DNA of 64,000 bases from IMG/VR virus record IMGVR_UViG_3300031577_000195, positions 1 to 64,000 of that record; one strand, written 5' to 3'. This DNA is from a virus (taxonomy: Duplodnaviria; Caudoviricetes). A program made the translations under genes and the position numbers. Below are positions 19,418 to 28,855 of this stretch, piece after piece; position 1 is the first letter of the stretch; each line of letters starts with the position of its first letter. The notes under the pieces are model-generated. The model worked only from the letters and a program-made list of their open reading frames with translations. It was not told the origin of the DNA and searched no databases.

Positions 19418-20245
19418 TTACGTTTTAACTGAGTACTGCCAAGGTATAGCCAACATTCCATTGTAGTTCTTACGGTTCGAATGCCTATCGCAATCAGTTG
19501 TTGAACCATCGCATCCTGTTTCGCAACTATAGGAATCACCTTCAGTTGGTGTAGTGTAAAACGGATACTCAACTGTAATTGAGCCTACAGCACTACTTAA
19601 GATTCTCTTAGTCTCAAAGCCGTAAGTCACTGTACCGTTTTTCCAATAGCTTGCAGCTTGAGTTAAACTTGAGTCATATATGATGTACTGTGTACTACCG
19701 CTACCTACAGTTCCTTCTTGGGTTACTTGTTCAGCACCACACTCAACATCATCACCAAACCAAGCACCACAAGAGAGCATACAGGTTCTACCTGCGTATT
19801 GAGTGTTAGTTTTAACCTTAAGTGTCGCTGTAAAGGTACTTGTGGAATAATCCAAGACTGGAGCGTCAATATACCCGTGAAAGACATACTTATATGAGCT
19901 ACTATCAGTTAAACTATCAGGATAGGCTATCTGAAATATATCAACGTCATACCCTGTGAAGTCATATGATTGTAATAGAGCTGTAGCAAAAGTTTCAGTT
20001 ACATCAGATATCTTAATGTCTAAATTATCGATTTTACTTGAAGTACTCTGCTTGAAACTCCCACGTTCTATTGGTATAGCTTCATAGGTTACCGCTGTTG
20101 TTGTATCTGGAATGTACCAATTAATCTCCTTATCGCAAGCAGCATAATAGTTTGTACCTGTAGGTAACACTAGGCGATAAAGGTCTACAAAGAATACACT
20201 AGAAGAATCCTTCATATCCGAAAGTGCTGTTGGTAAGGTTATCAT
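19418..20245 (-). CDS. Tail tip/baseplate hub protein (DUF2163/lambda L-like)
   Basis: C-terminal Cys cluster (C...C...GCDG...C...N..NY.G); position in tail-tip block. Confidence 0.75.
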   Translation of the reverse strand: MITLPTALSDMKDSSSVFFVDLYRLVLPTGTNYYAACDKEINWYIPDTTTAVTYEAIPIERGSFKQSTSSKIDNLDIKISDVTETFATALLQSYDFTGYDVDIFQIAYPDSLTDSSSYKYVFHGYIDAPVLDYSTSTFTATLKVKTNTQYAGRTCMLSCGAWFGDDVECGAEQVTQEGTVGSGSTQYIIYDSSLTQAASYWKNGTVTYGFETKRILSSAVGSITVEYPFYTTPTEGDSYSCETGCDGSTTDCDRHSNRKNYNGMLAIPWQYSVKT

Positions 20246-20613
20246 GAGGTATACACCTTCCGTAACTTAAGGGTTAAGCTACCATATGCTTGTATGCCGT
20301 AACCATCGTCACCAAAGCCAAACTTCTCTTCAATCTCACAAGAGTCTTCGGCAAATCTTACGGTATGAGTTTCTGCAGCTTCATCTGTCCAATAAAAAAG
20401 CACCCCTCCAGGCGCATGAGCATCAAAAAAGGACTTTATCTCAAGCATTTCTGAGTAAAGTCCCTGAAAGGTTAACTCCCATATAATCACAGGATTAACC
20501 GCAAGTTGTTGCACTTGTTCAATTCCATTAGCCATCTCAACACGATTATTGAGTGCCTTATGAGTTAGCTTGCGGTTTCCATACGGTTTAATTGAAAGCG
20601 TATCCAATGGCAT
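20242..20613 (-). CDS. Distal tail protein (lambda M-like)
   Basis: W.LTF...FFDAH..G..FYW; position after tape measure. Confidence 0.65.
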   Translation of the reverse strand: MPLDTLSIKPYGNRKLTHKALNNRVEMANGIEQVQQLAVNPVIIWELTFQGLYSEMLEIKSFFDAHAPGGVLFYWTDEAAETHTVRFAEDSCEIEEKFGFGDDGYGIQAYGSLTLKLRKVYTS

Positions 20614-21026
20614 TACTCCTTTCTACGTTTGAATCCAGCGATAAACCCATTGATCCACATCTGTTTATGCATGATGAAACTACGGTCAGGCATCACCATA
20701 CCATTCCACTGACGACACCCAGGAGGGAACGTTGATAAAACCTTATTATAATGAAGGAAAATTGCAAAATGTGACTCTGCTTCAATCTTCATCAACACTA
20801 AGTCACCATAGGTTAACTCCCGAACGTCACGAGTTTTATCAAAGTTCTTCAACAGATATCTCTCGGCTAAAAATGGTGTCTTAAGATACCATTCGTGATC
20901 TTTGGGCTTCTCGTATGTCGGAAGGTTCCACCCATGATAATCATAAAATACTCTTACTAATCCTGCACAGTCGCAGCCATCAACTGTATCACCATTGAAA
21001 ACATACGGTATCCCTATAAATTCCAT
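20613..21026 (-). CDS. Tail-associated NlpC/P60 peptidase (lambda K-like)
   Basis: IGIPYVFNG....CDCAGLV; HFAIF. Confidence 0.85.
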   Translation of the reverse strand: MEFIGIPYVFNGDTVDGCDCAGLVRVFYDYHGWNLPTYEKPKDHEWYLKTPFLAERYLLKNFDKTRDVRELTYGDLVLMKIEAESHFAIFLHYNKVLSTFPPGCRQWNGMVMPDRSFIMHKQMWINGFIAGFKRRKE

Positions 21027-21037
21027 TTGTCACCTCC

Positions 21038-21085
21038 ACAGGTTGTCAAGCCTGTATTTAAGATTACAGGTTGTCAGTCCTGTAT
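21038..21085. repeat. Two 20-bp near-identical palindromic boxes (ACAGG-N8-CCTGT)
   Basis: acaggttgtcaagcctgtat (21038-21057) and acaggttgtcagtcctgtat (21066-21085). Confidence 0.8.
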
Positions 21086-21120
21086 AAAATACAAAAGACC
21101 ATCCAAGGGTGGTCGAATTA

Positions 21121-21150
21121 TTGTCTATATTGTTAAATTGTGGTATTATT
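21121..21150 (+). promoter_or_regulatory. Sigma-A-like moron promoter
   Basis: TTGTCT-N17-TATTAT with an upstream TG. Confidence 0.55.
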
Positions 21151-21178
21151 TAAGAAAAACTATTGGAGTTGACTTATA

Positions 21179-21412
21179 ATGATTGGTCTTAATAACGAAG
21201 ATGTAATTCAAATAATCAATGATTATCTTAGAGAAAACCAATGGGAAATTGAACAGGCTACGACTTTGGCCTTTCCTAAAAGTGATGCGGAAATATTAAA
21301 TCATAAGTTCGGGACATTTATTGATAAGTTTCTACCTAAGATTATTGCCCAAGTTGTTACTGAAAATAATACCAAAATTGAACAGTATATTAATGAGAGA
21401 TTTCAGAAATAG
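21179..21412 (+). CDS. Moron, hypothetical protein
   Basis: GGAG SD; opposite strand to virion genes. Confidence 0.6.
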   Translation: MIGLNNEDVIQIINDYLRENQWEIEQATTLAFPKSDAEILNHKFGTFIDKFLPKIIAQVVTENNTKIEQYINERFQK

Positions 21413-21572
21413 CATCAATTAGTTGTTCTTTAGTTTCTTCGCTTGGTTTCTGAAAATATTTATCTAAAGCGTCTACAAATGTTATAGCCCTTTGCTTTGC
21501 TAACTTTTTTATGTATTCTTCTTGTTCTTTCGAAAAGCCAACTAAAGTAAATTCTCCTTTGTCATTTATCAT
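21390..21572 (-). CDS. Hypothetical protein (convergent, overlapping 21179..21412)
   Basis: GAAAGGA SD + ATG at 21572. Confidence 0.55.
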   Translation of the reverse strand: MINDKGEFTLVGFSKEQEEYIKKLAKQRAITFVDALDKYFQKPSEETKEQLIDAISEISH

Positions 21573-21604
21573 AATTATCAAATCCTTTCATTGGAGGTCT
21601 TAAG

Positions 21605-22303
21605 ATGAAAGCTAAAGTTGTATTTCTAGTGTTATGTCTTATGTTTGTTATGGGGAACAACAGTGTTTTTGCCTGGAAAGCAACTCCCCGTAGTTATGGT
21701 GTTGTTGTAAATAACAATTTAACTGTAGTCGGCATAAACATAAACGGTCCTGCCTATCAAGCAGGTATACGTCCCGGCGACATTATAGTCAACGCAACAA
21801 AAGAACAATTATATACTACTGATGAATCTACAATAAATATTACATATAAAAGAAACGAAGATACACATAATACTATTTTAACCAGCAGAAAACTATTAGA
21901 TATTGCCGAAATGACTACTTTCCTTATTCTCGATTCAGCCAAAACCAACTATGAACGACTAGTAAAAACACTAACCTTCCATCCAGTTATTTCCCCCTTA
22001 TTCCCTATTCAAAGCGCAGACAGCAACCTTAAAATATTAAGCACGTTTGGGACATCCACAAGAAAGAATGTTCAAAACTTTCCCGATTACATTGTGTCAG
22101 TAGGTGGGAGCGGCTTTGGTTTTACAACGCTTAAAACTCAAGGTAACTTTGCACTAGCAGATAACGGTAATAACAGTCTCTTTAAAGTAAACTTAGGATT
22201 CCAGGCTGAATGGTCTCATTTAGGGGGACAGTCATGGGCTAATTTTCCTTCTTCTGGTATATTAGAGCGTAAGGTAGTAGAAAGTTTATATGATAATCCT
22301 TAA
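21605..22303 (+). CDS. Exported PDZ-domain moron protein
   Basis: Signal peptide ending VFA; YGVVV...V.G...GPAYQAGIRPGDII PDZ motif. Confidence 0.75.
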   Translation: MKAKVVFLVLCLMFVMGNNSVFAWKATPRSYGVVVNNNLTVVGININGPAYQAGIRPGDIIVNATKEQLYTTDESTINITYKRNEDTHNTILTSRKLLDIAEMTTFLILDSAKTNYERLVKTLTFHPVISPLFPIQSADSNLKILSTFGTSTRKNVQNFPDYIVSVGGSGFGFTTLKTQGNFALADNGNNSLFKVNLGFQAEWSHLGGQSWANFPSSGILERKVVESLYDNP

Positions 22304-22336
22304 AGATGTAGAATAAACCACCGTGGAGGTCTTAAG

Positions 22337-22969
22337 ATGAAAACTAAAGTTGTATTTCTAGTGTTATGTCTTATGTTTGTTATGGGTAGCTGTTGGGCTA
22401 TGACCAGCACTGATATTCAAGAAGCAATCCGAATTGGATACATTGCTGCTGACGACAAAAAAGATTTTGTGTACAACCAAAAGGATTCCGACAGAATCTA
22501 TGCTGGCCTGGATATGCAATATAGAGCAGATGCATTTCTAATGTTTCCACAATCAACCGTGGCTACCTACGCACTAAAAACCAAAAAGAATTATATGAAA
22601 CTAGATGACACCAAAGCGGCTCAATATTCAAACCTATATACTTTAGGTGTAACTTATACAATTCAATTTAAAGACAAAATACAACAAGTAGTAAATCCAA
22701 GGGTTGTAGCCCTGCAAGATGATAAGGTTATTGAACCATGCGAACTTATCTATGGTGATGTTCAGGTTAACCATGACATGTGGGGTAAAGCACTTTACGG
22801 CTATGGCGTAACTGCCAGATTCAATGCTAATGACATAGATACAAATAAAGCACTAACTATAAAGGTTATAAGCACATCATCAAGAGAACTAACTTTTAGA
22901 TATGATCTTTCTAACAGCAACAATGCCTATAAATCTACTAGAAATGATTATAAGTTTAAAGAGGGCTAA
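22337..22969 (+). CDS. Exported moron protein, unknown function
   Basis: Signal peptide ending CWA; first 63 bp (with RBS) duplicated from the previous gene. Confidence 0.75.
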   Translation: MKTKVVFLVLCLMFVMGSCWAMTSTDIQEAIRIGYIAADDKKDFVYNQKDSDRIYAGLDMQYRADAFLMFPQSTVATYALKTKKNYMKLDDTKAAQYSNLYTLGVTYTIQFKDKIQQVVNPRVVALQDDKVIEPCELIYGDVQVNHDMWGKALYGYGVTARFNANDIDTNKALTIKVISTSSRELTFRYDLSNSNNAYKSTRNDYKFKEG

Positions 22970-22984
22970 TTAGCCCTCTTTTTA
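22958..22984. terminator. Palindromic terminator between morons and tape measure gene
   Basis: AAAGAGGGCTAATTAGCCCTCTTTTT. Confidence 0.75.
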
Positions 22985-25900
22985 TACGCTATAACCCAAG
23001 TTTCTCATTCGTGATATCTGTGAATATAAGTCATCATCTGACTGAGCCTGTTGCATTACTATAGGTTGAGTCGTAGTATTACCTTTACTACTTTGCTTAT
23101 TGAGTATTTCAAGTATCATTTGATTTTGTGTCATAAGCAAATTATTAGTACTCTCTATCGCAGCTATATGTTCCTGAGATTGCTTAAGATTAACCGATAG
23201 TGAGTTATTATTTTTTAATGTTTCTTGTGTTTTTTCGCTCAAATAAGGGGCAACTTGAGTACCCTTGTTAAGCATTCCCAATGCTTGTGCCGATTGCATA
23301 ACTAGTGACTGACCTCTAGATTGATCCGTAAGAGGGATTACAGCTTCGGCTTTGTTGCCTTCGTTAAGAGTAGCTACATGTTCTTGATTGAAGATACCAC
23401 CGTCTTCATGAGCGAACAAAGGTACTGCTTTAGACAGTAAGTTCCACCAGTTAGAACTATTTGATGAACTAGTCTGCAGTTTCCTCTTTCGCTGATCTTC
23501 AGCTATCTTTTGGCTTTCGCTTAATGTGCCTGACTGAAGCCCTTCAGAAGATGTGTCAGAATTACTAAAACTAGGTACATCAATATTAGCTAAATTCAAC
23601 CAAGCCGGTTTAGATTCTTCAGCCGTTGCACTATCGGCAGATATACTTGGCTTATTCAATAGAGGCTGTATATCTGCTCCTAATGCTGACACTGTATTGG
23701 TGTTCACTGATTTCCTATTGTTATCAGTAACGGCTACTGGCTGAAGTCCTTTATGTTTATTACCTGAAGCAAATCCAGTCCAGTCTTCAGTGTTGAAATC
23801 AACAGACGAGTAGTCTTGCTTAGTGCCTGACGAACCACCGAACCATTTATTCGATAGTTTAGTTAGCCAACTTACATTTGTATTTTCAACCCCCATAAGT
23901 GCTTTAAGAGCATCTTCAGCCATTTGTGACCAAAGATTTTTTAATGTATCTTTAAACTTATTGCCTTTAAGTAAAACCTTATCGGTTAAATCGTACCAGC
24001 CATCAAGTATAGCCTTATTTTTCTCCTGTTCATAGTTTTTGATTTCTTGGTCAGCCTGAAGTACAACTAACTTTTGCTTCTCCATAGCTTCTTTAGCTGC
24101 ATCAATTTTCTCTTGATATTTTTTTCTTTCGTCAGATTGCTCTTTGTCTGTTTTAAGTTCTCCCTTTTCGTTATACGCGCTGATATTGTTGTAAGCTTCA
24201 AGAGTATCTTCATAATCACTAGTCTTCTTGTCAAGTAACCCTTGCTGTATCCCCCGTTGTTCCCTAGCGTACTTAAGATTACTATCGGACATCTTCATAG
24301 ACTTAAATGGACTAGTGCTATCTTTATAACCCAACTTTTCCATCTCTTGTCTACGTTTGCTTGCCTCAAGTTGCCTATTGAGAACTTGTTCTGTACTGTA
24401 ATAGCCAGCGGTATCCAGTTGAATCAAGGAGTTCTTCTGCTTGCTAATTTCTTTAGTTGTACTTGAAATTTGCTCTTGAATCTTAATCCACATTTGGTAA
24501 ATTTGCTGTGTAACTTGGCTTTCCGAAAGTAATTCACTATGGTCTTGGTTCAGTTCCTTTTGACCCTTTTTACTAAGTTTACTGAAGTCTACATCTTTAA
24601 ACTCAGGCATATTTTTCTCTAATTCCGCGAGTTGCCAACGAAGGTCATTCTCAAGTTGCGTTAAAGTACCTTTTGATGCTTCTGTTCCTAATGTTTTATC
24701 CGAGCCTACTGTTTCGCTTAGTTTTCTGATTTGCTCTTGAGTAGCCATACGTTTGTCTAGCCAAGTTTCAGCAGATTTACCTTGAAGATTTTCTTTAGTA
24801 GCTATATTATCAAGAGCTATAGCATAATCATCAGCAGTTTGCTTAAGTTTTAAGTTTATGTTTGCCTCTTGTTGCTTGAAGGCTAAAAGCTGAAGTTTCT
24901 CTTGGGTTAACTTAGTGTTGTCTATAGGATCTATTGAAGTACGTTTTTTAGGTGGAGTATCTTCAACTGTGCCAGTATCGTGAATATCGTCAATCTTAGT
25001 TCCCTCTTGTGCTTTTATACGTGCTACTTCATTTGCAGCTTTCGTTATAATCTGGTTTTGTTCTGTTTGGGCAGAAACCAGCCCGTCAGCTAAATCTTGA
25101 GCTGATTTTTTCTCTTGGTTTATAGCATTTTGTTTATTTTGGTCAGCAAACATAGTTCCAAACTGACCTCCATAACCAATCATACCTAATTTTGTCCAAC
25201 CATTATCAGCCGCTACAACAGTTTGTTTGTCAGCTTCATTTTTAGCTTTTAAATCAGCTAATCGAGTTAACCCTAATTGACGATATATTTCTATTTGTTT
25301 TTCTGCTTCAGTAGCTAACCCTTGAGTTTCTTGTTGGATTGCCTTTAGTCTTTGTTTGGCTTGGTCAGCAACCTCCATAGAATGATCTACAATCGCCTTT
25401 CGTTCTTCTTGTAGTTGTTCAGTTAAAGTTTTCTTTTTATCATTCATTTTAGCTATTTCAACATCAATTTGTTGACCAACATCAGCACTATTTTTTATAC
25501 GTTGTATAGCTTCTTCGCCTAGCATTGAAGTCAAAGCATGTTCTGTAGTTGCTATTTTTTCGTCGTTAGCCTTAATTTTATCCGCAACATTTAACCCTTG
25601 CGCCCTTTGTTCCTCAAGTTGTTTTTGTTGCTCAGTTAGTCTTTGGTATGCATCTTTAAGTTCATTTGCAAATTTTATCCTACTTTCGTTTAAGCCAAGT
25701 TCAGCTTCAGTAGCACTTGCTTTATCCTCAAGGCGTGCGTTTTCTTTTTCGACTGCAGATGTTAATTCTTGTGTTTGCTTTACTGCCTCTGCCGATTGAG
25801 TATTGAATAAAGCATAAGCTGTAGTTCCAGCAATTATTAACGGTATTAATAAGTTTAATCCACCAGTAGAAATTGTTCTAGCAATCGCAAGCGCACGTTC

Positions 25901-28171
25901 AGCCATAGTTAATTCTACAGTAGCCACAGCCTCGGCTTCTTTAGCTCCTGTGGCTACTGTAGTTGCAACATTTGCAGCTCCTTGCGCTAGTGTTCCAACG
26001 GATGTTGCAGTAGATTCTGCGGTTTTAGCTATAGTAGCATCATTTAATGCTTTATTATACAGTGTTAAAGCCATAGCCCCTAAGTTCCATACTGTAATTG
26101 CCGCTTTTACATAAATAGTGTATTCAACTATCGTACCTATATTCTGCCATACGCTTGCAGGGATTGTTGTTAACCTACCAATAAGTACATTAATATCATC
26201 TATAACGCCTTTTATAAACTTAGTTAATCCAGAGTTACCTGCACCCATTACAATTTCCTGTAATTGAGTGCCTAACCTTTGTAACTTGCGCGAAATTGTA
26301 TCTACTTGCATTTCCGCTTGTTTTTCTGCTACACCTTGAGAGTTAATTGAAAGCTCTATAGTACGAATAAGTTCATTGTAATCACCAATTAGACTAGCTA
26401 CTTTATTATATTGGAATTTTCCTCCCGAAATGCTCAGCATAAGTTTTTCAACATTTTTATCTGTGGCGTCAGAGGTTAACATTAGGTCGATTAATACTTT
26501 CTCTGTGTCCCTAAATGCTTTTTTACCGTTTTCACCTACTTCATACATAGAGACACCAAGTTTTTCTATTTCTTTAATTGCCTTATCGCTATGTAATGAA
26601 ACAAGCATTGAACGAATGGCATTTCCTATTTCACCACCTGACCTACCAGTATTACGAGCCATTGTTGCTATCATTCCTTGAAGAAAATCGAAAGATACTC
26701 CTGCTTGCTTAGCTGCACTTGCAGACCTTTCATTTGCTGCTGCTAAGTCTTGAGCTGAAACTATCGCATTATGGGCAACATTTGTCCATGAATCAACTAT
26801 CTTCATAGATAATTTTTGTGCTTCATTAGCATCTCTTGCACGCATTCCATACTGCATCATTGTGGCCTCTAATGCCTTGTTTGCTTCCGTAAGGCTAAAA
26901 TTGTCCGCTACAGCTAGTAGACTTGAGGAATGCAATAAAGAATATACTTCATTAATATCTTTATATGCTCTTCCCCATAATTTCGCTGATTCAGTAATTT
27001 CACCCATACTAGCACCGTATTGTTCTGCTATATTTAAAAACTCTATTGTGCTTTTATTAAGTTGTTCTTGATTATCGTGTAACTCTGGTATTACCTGCTT
27101 CATACCAGCCATACCCTGTTCGATTTCTTTTAAGTTACTTAAGGCTTCTAAGGGTATTGCAAACAAAGAACCTAATGCTGCACCTGCGACAATCCAGTTA
27201 AAATGCGAACGGAACTTCTGCATGAAAGACCCAAGATATCCCGTTTGCTTTTCTAATGTTCCAGTTAAAGATTTACTAAAGGCATCTGATTCATCCCTTA
27301 GTTTTCTAAACGAGCTTACTTTATCATCAAACTTCAGTTTATCATTAACATCCTTAGTCTTTTGCCAAGTCTGATAAAACCCTTGTGCCTCAAGACTTAA
27401 CTTTGATAACTGCTGTGAATACGTGGCTGGAACTACAGGTTTTTCAACAGTTTCTTTCTCAGGTTTTACTTCTGAATACGACTGTTTTAATGCATTAATT
27501 TGCGCCTGTGTTCTTCCAGCCATATAAGGATTGCTTTGCTCATTAAAACGTATCTTTTGATTCTCTAAGTCACGAATCATTTGTTTAGCTGTAGCTAATT
27601 CATCTAGTTCATTCTTAGTTATTAACGATACAGGTTTATCTTCCTTAGTCTTTTGCCCTGTCGTTAACGACATAAGTTTTTGTCTTTGACGTATCTCAGT
27701 TTCCAGTTGTGAGGCTAAATTTGTGTTACCACTTGCCCTAGCTTCAACCAAGGCGTTCTTTAGTGCAGAAACCTCTTTAGTAACCTTTTGTACTGCCGAC
27801 ATTTGTTTCTCGAACGGTTCAGCAAAACTCTTAGGATCAAGATAAGCCTTCATTTCAGCAAGTTCGACTTTAAGTTTCCTTACAGCTTCAGCTTGTTTTC
27901 GGAATGCACCATTGTTGCCATCTGAGGTGAACATTTTTTCGGCTTCTTTTTCCGCTTCTCGAATTTGCTGTGTTAACAGTTTAATTTTTTCTTCAGTTTC
28001 TTCTACTGATTTTTTTGCCTTCGTAAACCCCTTGGAAACATTGTCACCAGTTCCAGCACCAATCTCACCAAAAGCTTTCTTCACCTGTTCAACCTGCGAA
28101 ATCAACTGAGATAAATTTTTTATAGCTAACTCAAACTGTATTTGGTTATTTTCATTGTCTATACTAATCAC
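22982..28171 (-). CDS. Tape measure protein
   Basis: 1729 aa, Ala/Leu/Lys-rich helical; TP901-type core (SGGEIGNAIRSML); C-terminal HEDGGIF..EAVIPL; the annotated GTG lies within the SD, so the true start may be ATA at 28162. Confidence 0.93.
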   Translation of the reverse strand: MISIDNENNQIQFELAIKNLSQLISQVEQVKKAFGEIGAGTGDNVSKGFTKAKKSVEETEEKIKLLTQQIREAEKEAEKMFTSDGNNGAFRKQAEAVRKLKVELAEMKAYLDPKSFAEPFEKQMSAVQKVTKEVSALKNALVEARASGNTNLASQLETEIRQRQKLMSLTTGQKTKEDKPVSLITKNELDELATAKQMIRDLENQKIRFNEQSNPYMAGRTQAQINALKQSYSEVKPEKETVEKPVVPATYSQQLSKLSLEAQGFYQTWQKTKDVNDKLKFDDKVSSFRKLRDESDAFSKSLTGTLEKQTGYLGSFMQKFRSHFNWIVAGAALGSLFAIPLEALSNLKEIEQGMAGMKQVIPELHDNQEQLNKSTIEFLNIAEQYGASMGEITESAKLWGRAYKDINEVYSLLHSSSLLAVADNFSLTEANKALEATMMQYGMRARDANEAQKLSMKIVDSWTNVAHNAIVSAQDLAAANERSASAAKQAGVSFDFLQGMIATMARNTGRSGGEIGNAIRSMLVSLHSDKAIKEIEKLGVSMYEVGENGKKAFRDTEKVLIDLMLTSDATDKNVEKLMLSISGGKFQYNKVASLIGDYNELIRTIELSINSQGVAEKQAEMQVDTISRKLQRLGTQLQEIVMGAGNSGLTKFIKGVIDDINVLIGRLTTIPASVWQNIGTIVEYTIYVKAAITVWNLGAMALTLYNKALNDATIAKTAESTATSVGTLAQGAANVATTVATGAKEAEAVATVELTMAERALAIARTISTGGLNLLIPLIIAGTTAYALFNTQSAEAVKQTQELTSAVEKENARLEDKASATEAELGLNESRIKFANELKDAYQRLTEQQKQLEEQRAQGLNVADKIKANDEKIATTEHALTSMLGEEAIQRIKNSADVGQQIDVEIAKMNDKKKTLTEQLQEERKAIVDHSMEVADQAKQRLKAIQQETQGLATEAEKQIEIYRQLGLTRLADLKAKNEADKQTVVAADNGWTKLGMIGYGGQFGTMFADQNKQNAINQEKKSAQDLADGLVSAQTEQNQIITKAANEVARIKAQEGTKIDDIHDTGTVEDTPPKKRTSIDPIDNTKLTQEKLQLLAFKQQEANINLKLKQTADDYAIALDNIATKENLQGKSAETWLDKRMATQEQIRKLSETVGSDKTLGTEASKGTLTQLENDLRWQLAELEKNMPEFKDVDFSKLSKKGQKELNQDHSELLSESQVTQQIYQMWIKIQEQISSTTKEISKQKNSLIQLDTAGYYSTEQVLNRQLEASKRRQEMEKLGYKDSTSPFKSMKMSDSNLKYAREQRGIQQGLLDKKTSDYEDTLEAYNNISAYNEKGELKTDKEQSDERKKYQEKIDAAKEAMEKQKLVVLQADQEIKNYEQEKNKAILDGWYDLTDKVLLKGNKFKDTLKNLWSQMAEDALKALMGVENTNVSWLTKLSNKWFGGSSGTKQDYSSVDFNTEDWTGFASGNKHKGLQPVAVTDNNRKSVNTNTVSALGADIQPLLNKPSISADSATAEESKPAWLNLANIDVPSFSNSDTSSEGLQSGTLSESQKIAEDQRKRKLQTSSSNSSNWWNLLSKAVPLFAHEDGGIFNQEHVATLNEGNKAEAVIPLTDQSRGQSLVMQSAQALGMLNKGTQVAPYLSEKTQETLKNNNSLSVNLKQSQEHIAAIESTNNLLMTQNQMILEILNKQSSKGNTTTQPIVMQQAQSDDDLYSQISRMRNLGYSV

Positions 28172-28213
28172 CCCTTAGATAAACGAGTGTTGTATTCTAT
28201 ATCAAGGGTGATA

Positions 28214-28429
28214 CTATAGTTTACCACCCTTCTTCATTAACTCTTTAATAGCAGCACCGCCCTTGAATGTCTTGTTGCTATTGTCGATACTATTTGTTTC
28301 CTTTTGCATTTCCTCATTAAGTTTCTTAAATCCATCCATAAGTGCCTCAAGTTCAAGTAAGGTGTATCCTCCGGCTTCCCTTGGAGTTATACATGTGTTT
28401 TGTGCAAGATTAGCCATAAGTATATTCAA
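28214..28429 (-). CDS. Tail assembly chaperone, frameshifted (T-like) portion
   Basis: No SD; reached by a -1 shift from the upstream chaperone. Confidence 0.7.
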   Translation of the reverse strand: MNILMANLAQNTCITPREAGGYTLLELEALMDGFKKLNEEMQKETNSIDNSNKTFKGGAAIKELMKKGGKL

Positions 28430-28431
28430 AT

Positions 28432-28797
28432 CTACAGACTCAGGTTTCCCATCATCGTCATTTTGTTTTTTAACTGCGAAATTGCTAAGAATTGCTGAAG
28501 TATATCCTCAAGCAAATAAATGTCTACCCACTTACTCCAATTTTCATCTTTAGTTGCCATTAACATAACCTCATTAATGGCATTACGCTGTTTCTTACTG
28601 TATACTGGTTTGCCACTTTTGGTTGTTTTGGCTTTTCCTTCGTCATCAACTTCAGGTGATACAAAGTTTAATAGCACTAGATCAATATTGATTAAATCAT
28701 AAAGTTCAATTACTCGATCTATGTCATCAACTATGCAAGGGTAAAGACGATGTTCAGTGTCATCAATGTTATCTTCAATGAAAAACTTTTTAGCCAT
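28432..28797 (-). CDS. Tail assembly chaperone (G-like)
   Basis: Between major tail and tape measure genes; contains A AAA AAC slippery site. Confidence 0.8.
   Translation of the reverse strand: MAKKFFIEDNIDDTEHRLYPCIVDDIDRVIELYDLINIDLVLLNFVSPEVDDEGKAKTTKSGKPVYSKKQRNAINEVMLMATKDENWSKWVDIYLLEDILQQFLAISQLKNKMTMMGNLSL
28465..28471 (-). other. -1 programmed ribosomal frameshift heptamer A_AAA_AAC
   Basis: TTA AAA AAC; the -1 frame is open (KKQNDDDGKPESVDLNILMAN...) into 28214..28429. Confidence 0.8.
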
Positions 28798-28855
28798 AAG
28801 TTACCTCCCGTTAATTTAGCGTACAAAAGAAAAAGGAGGGTTTTACCCCTCCACC

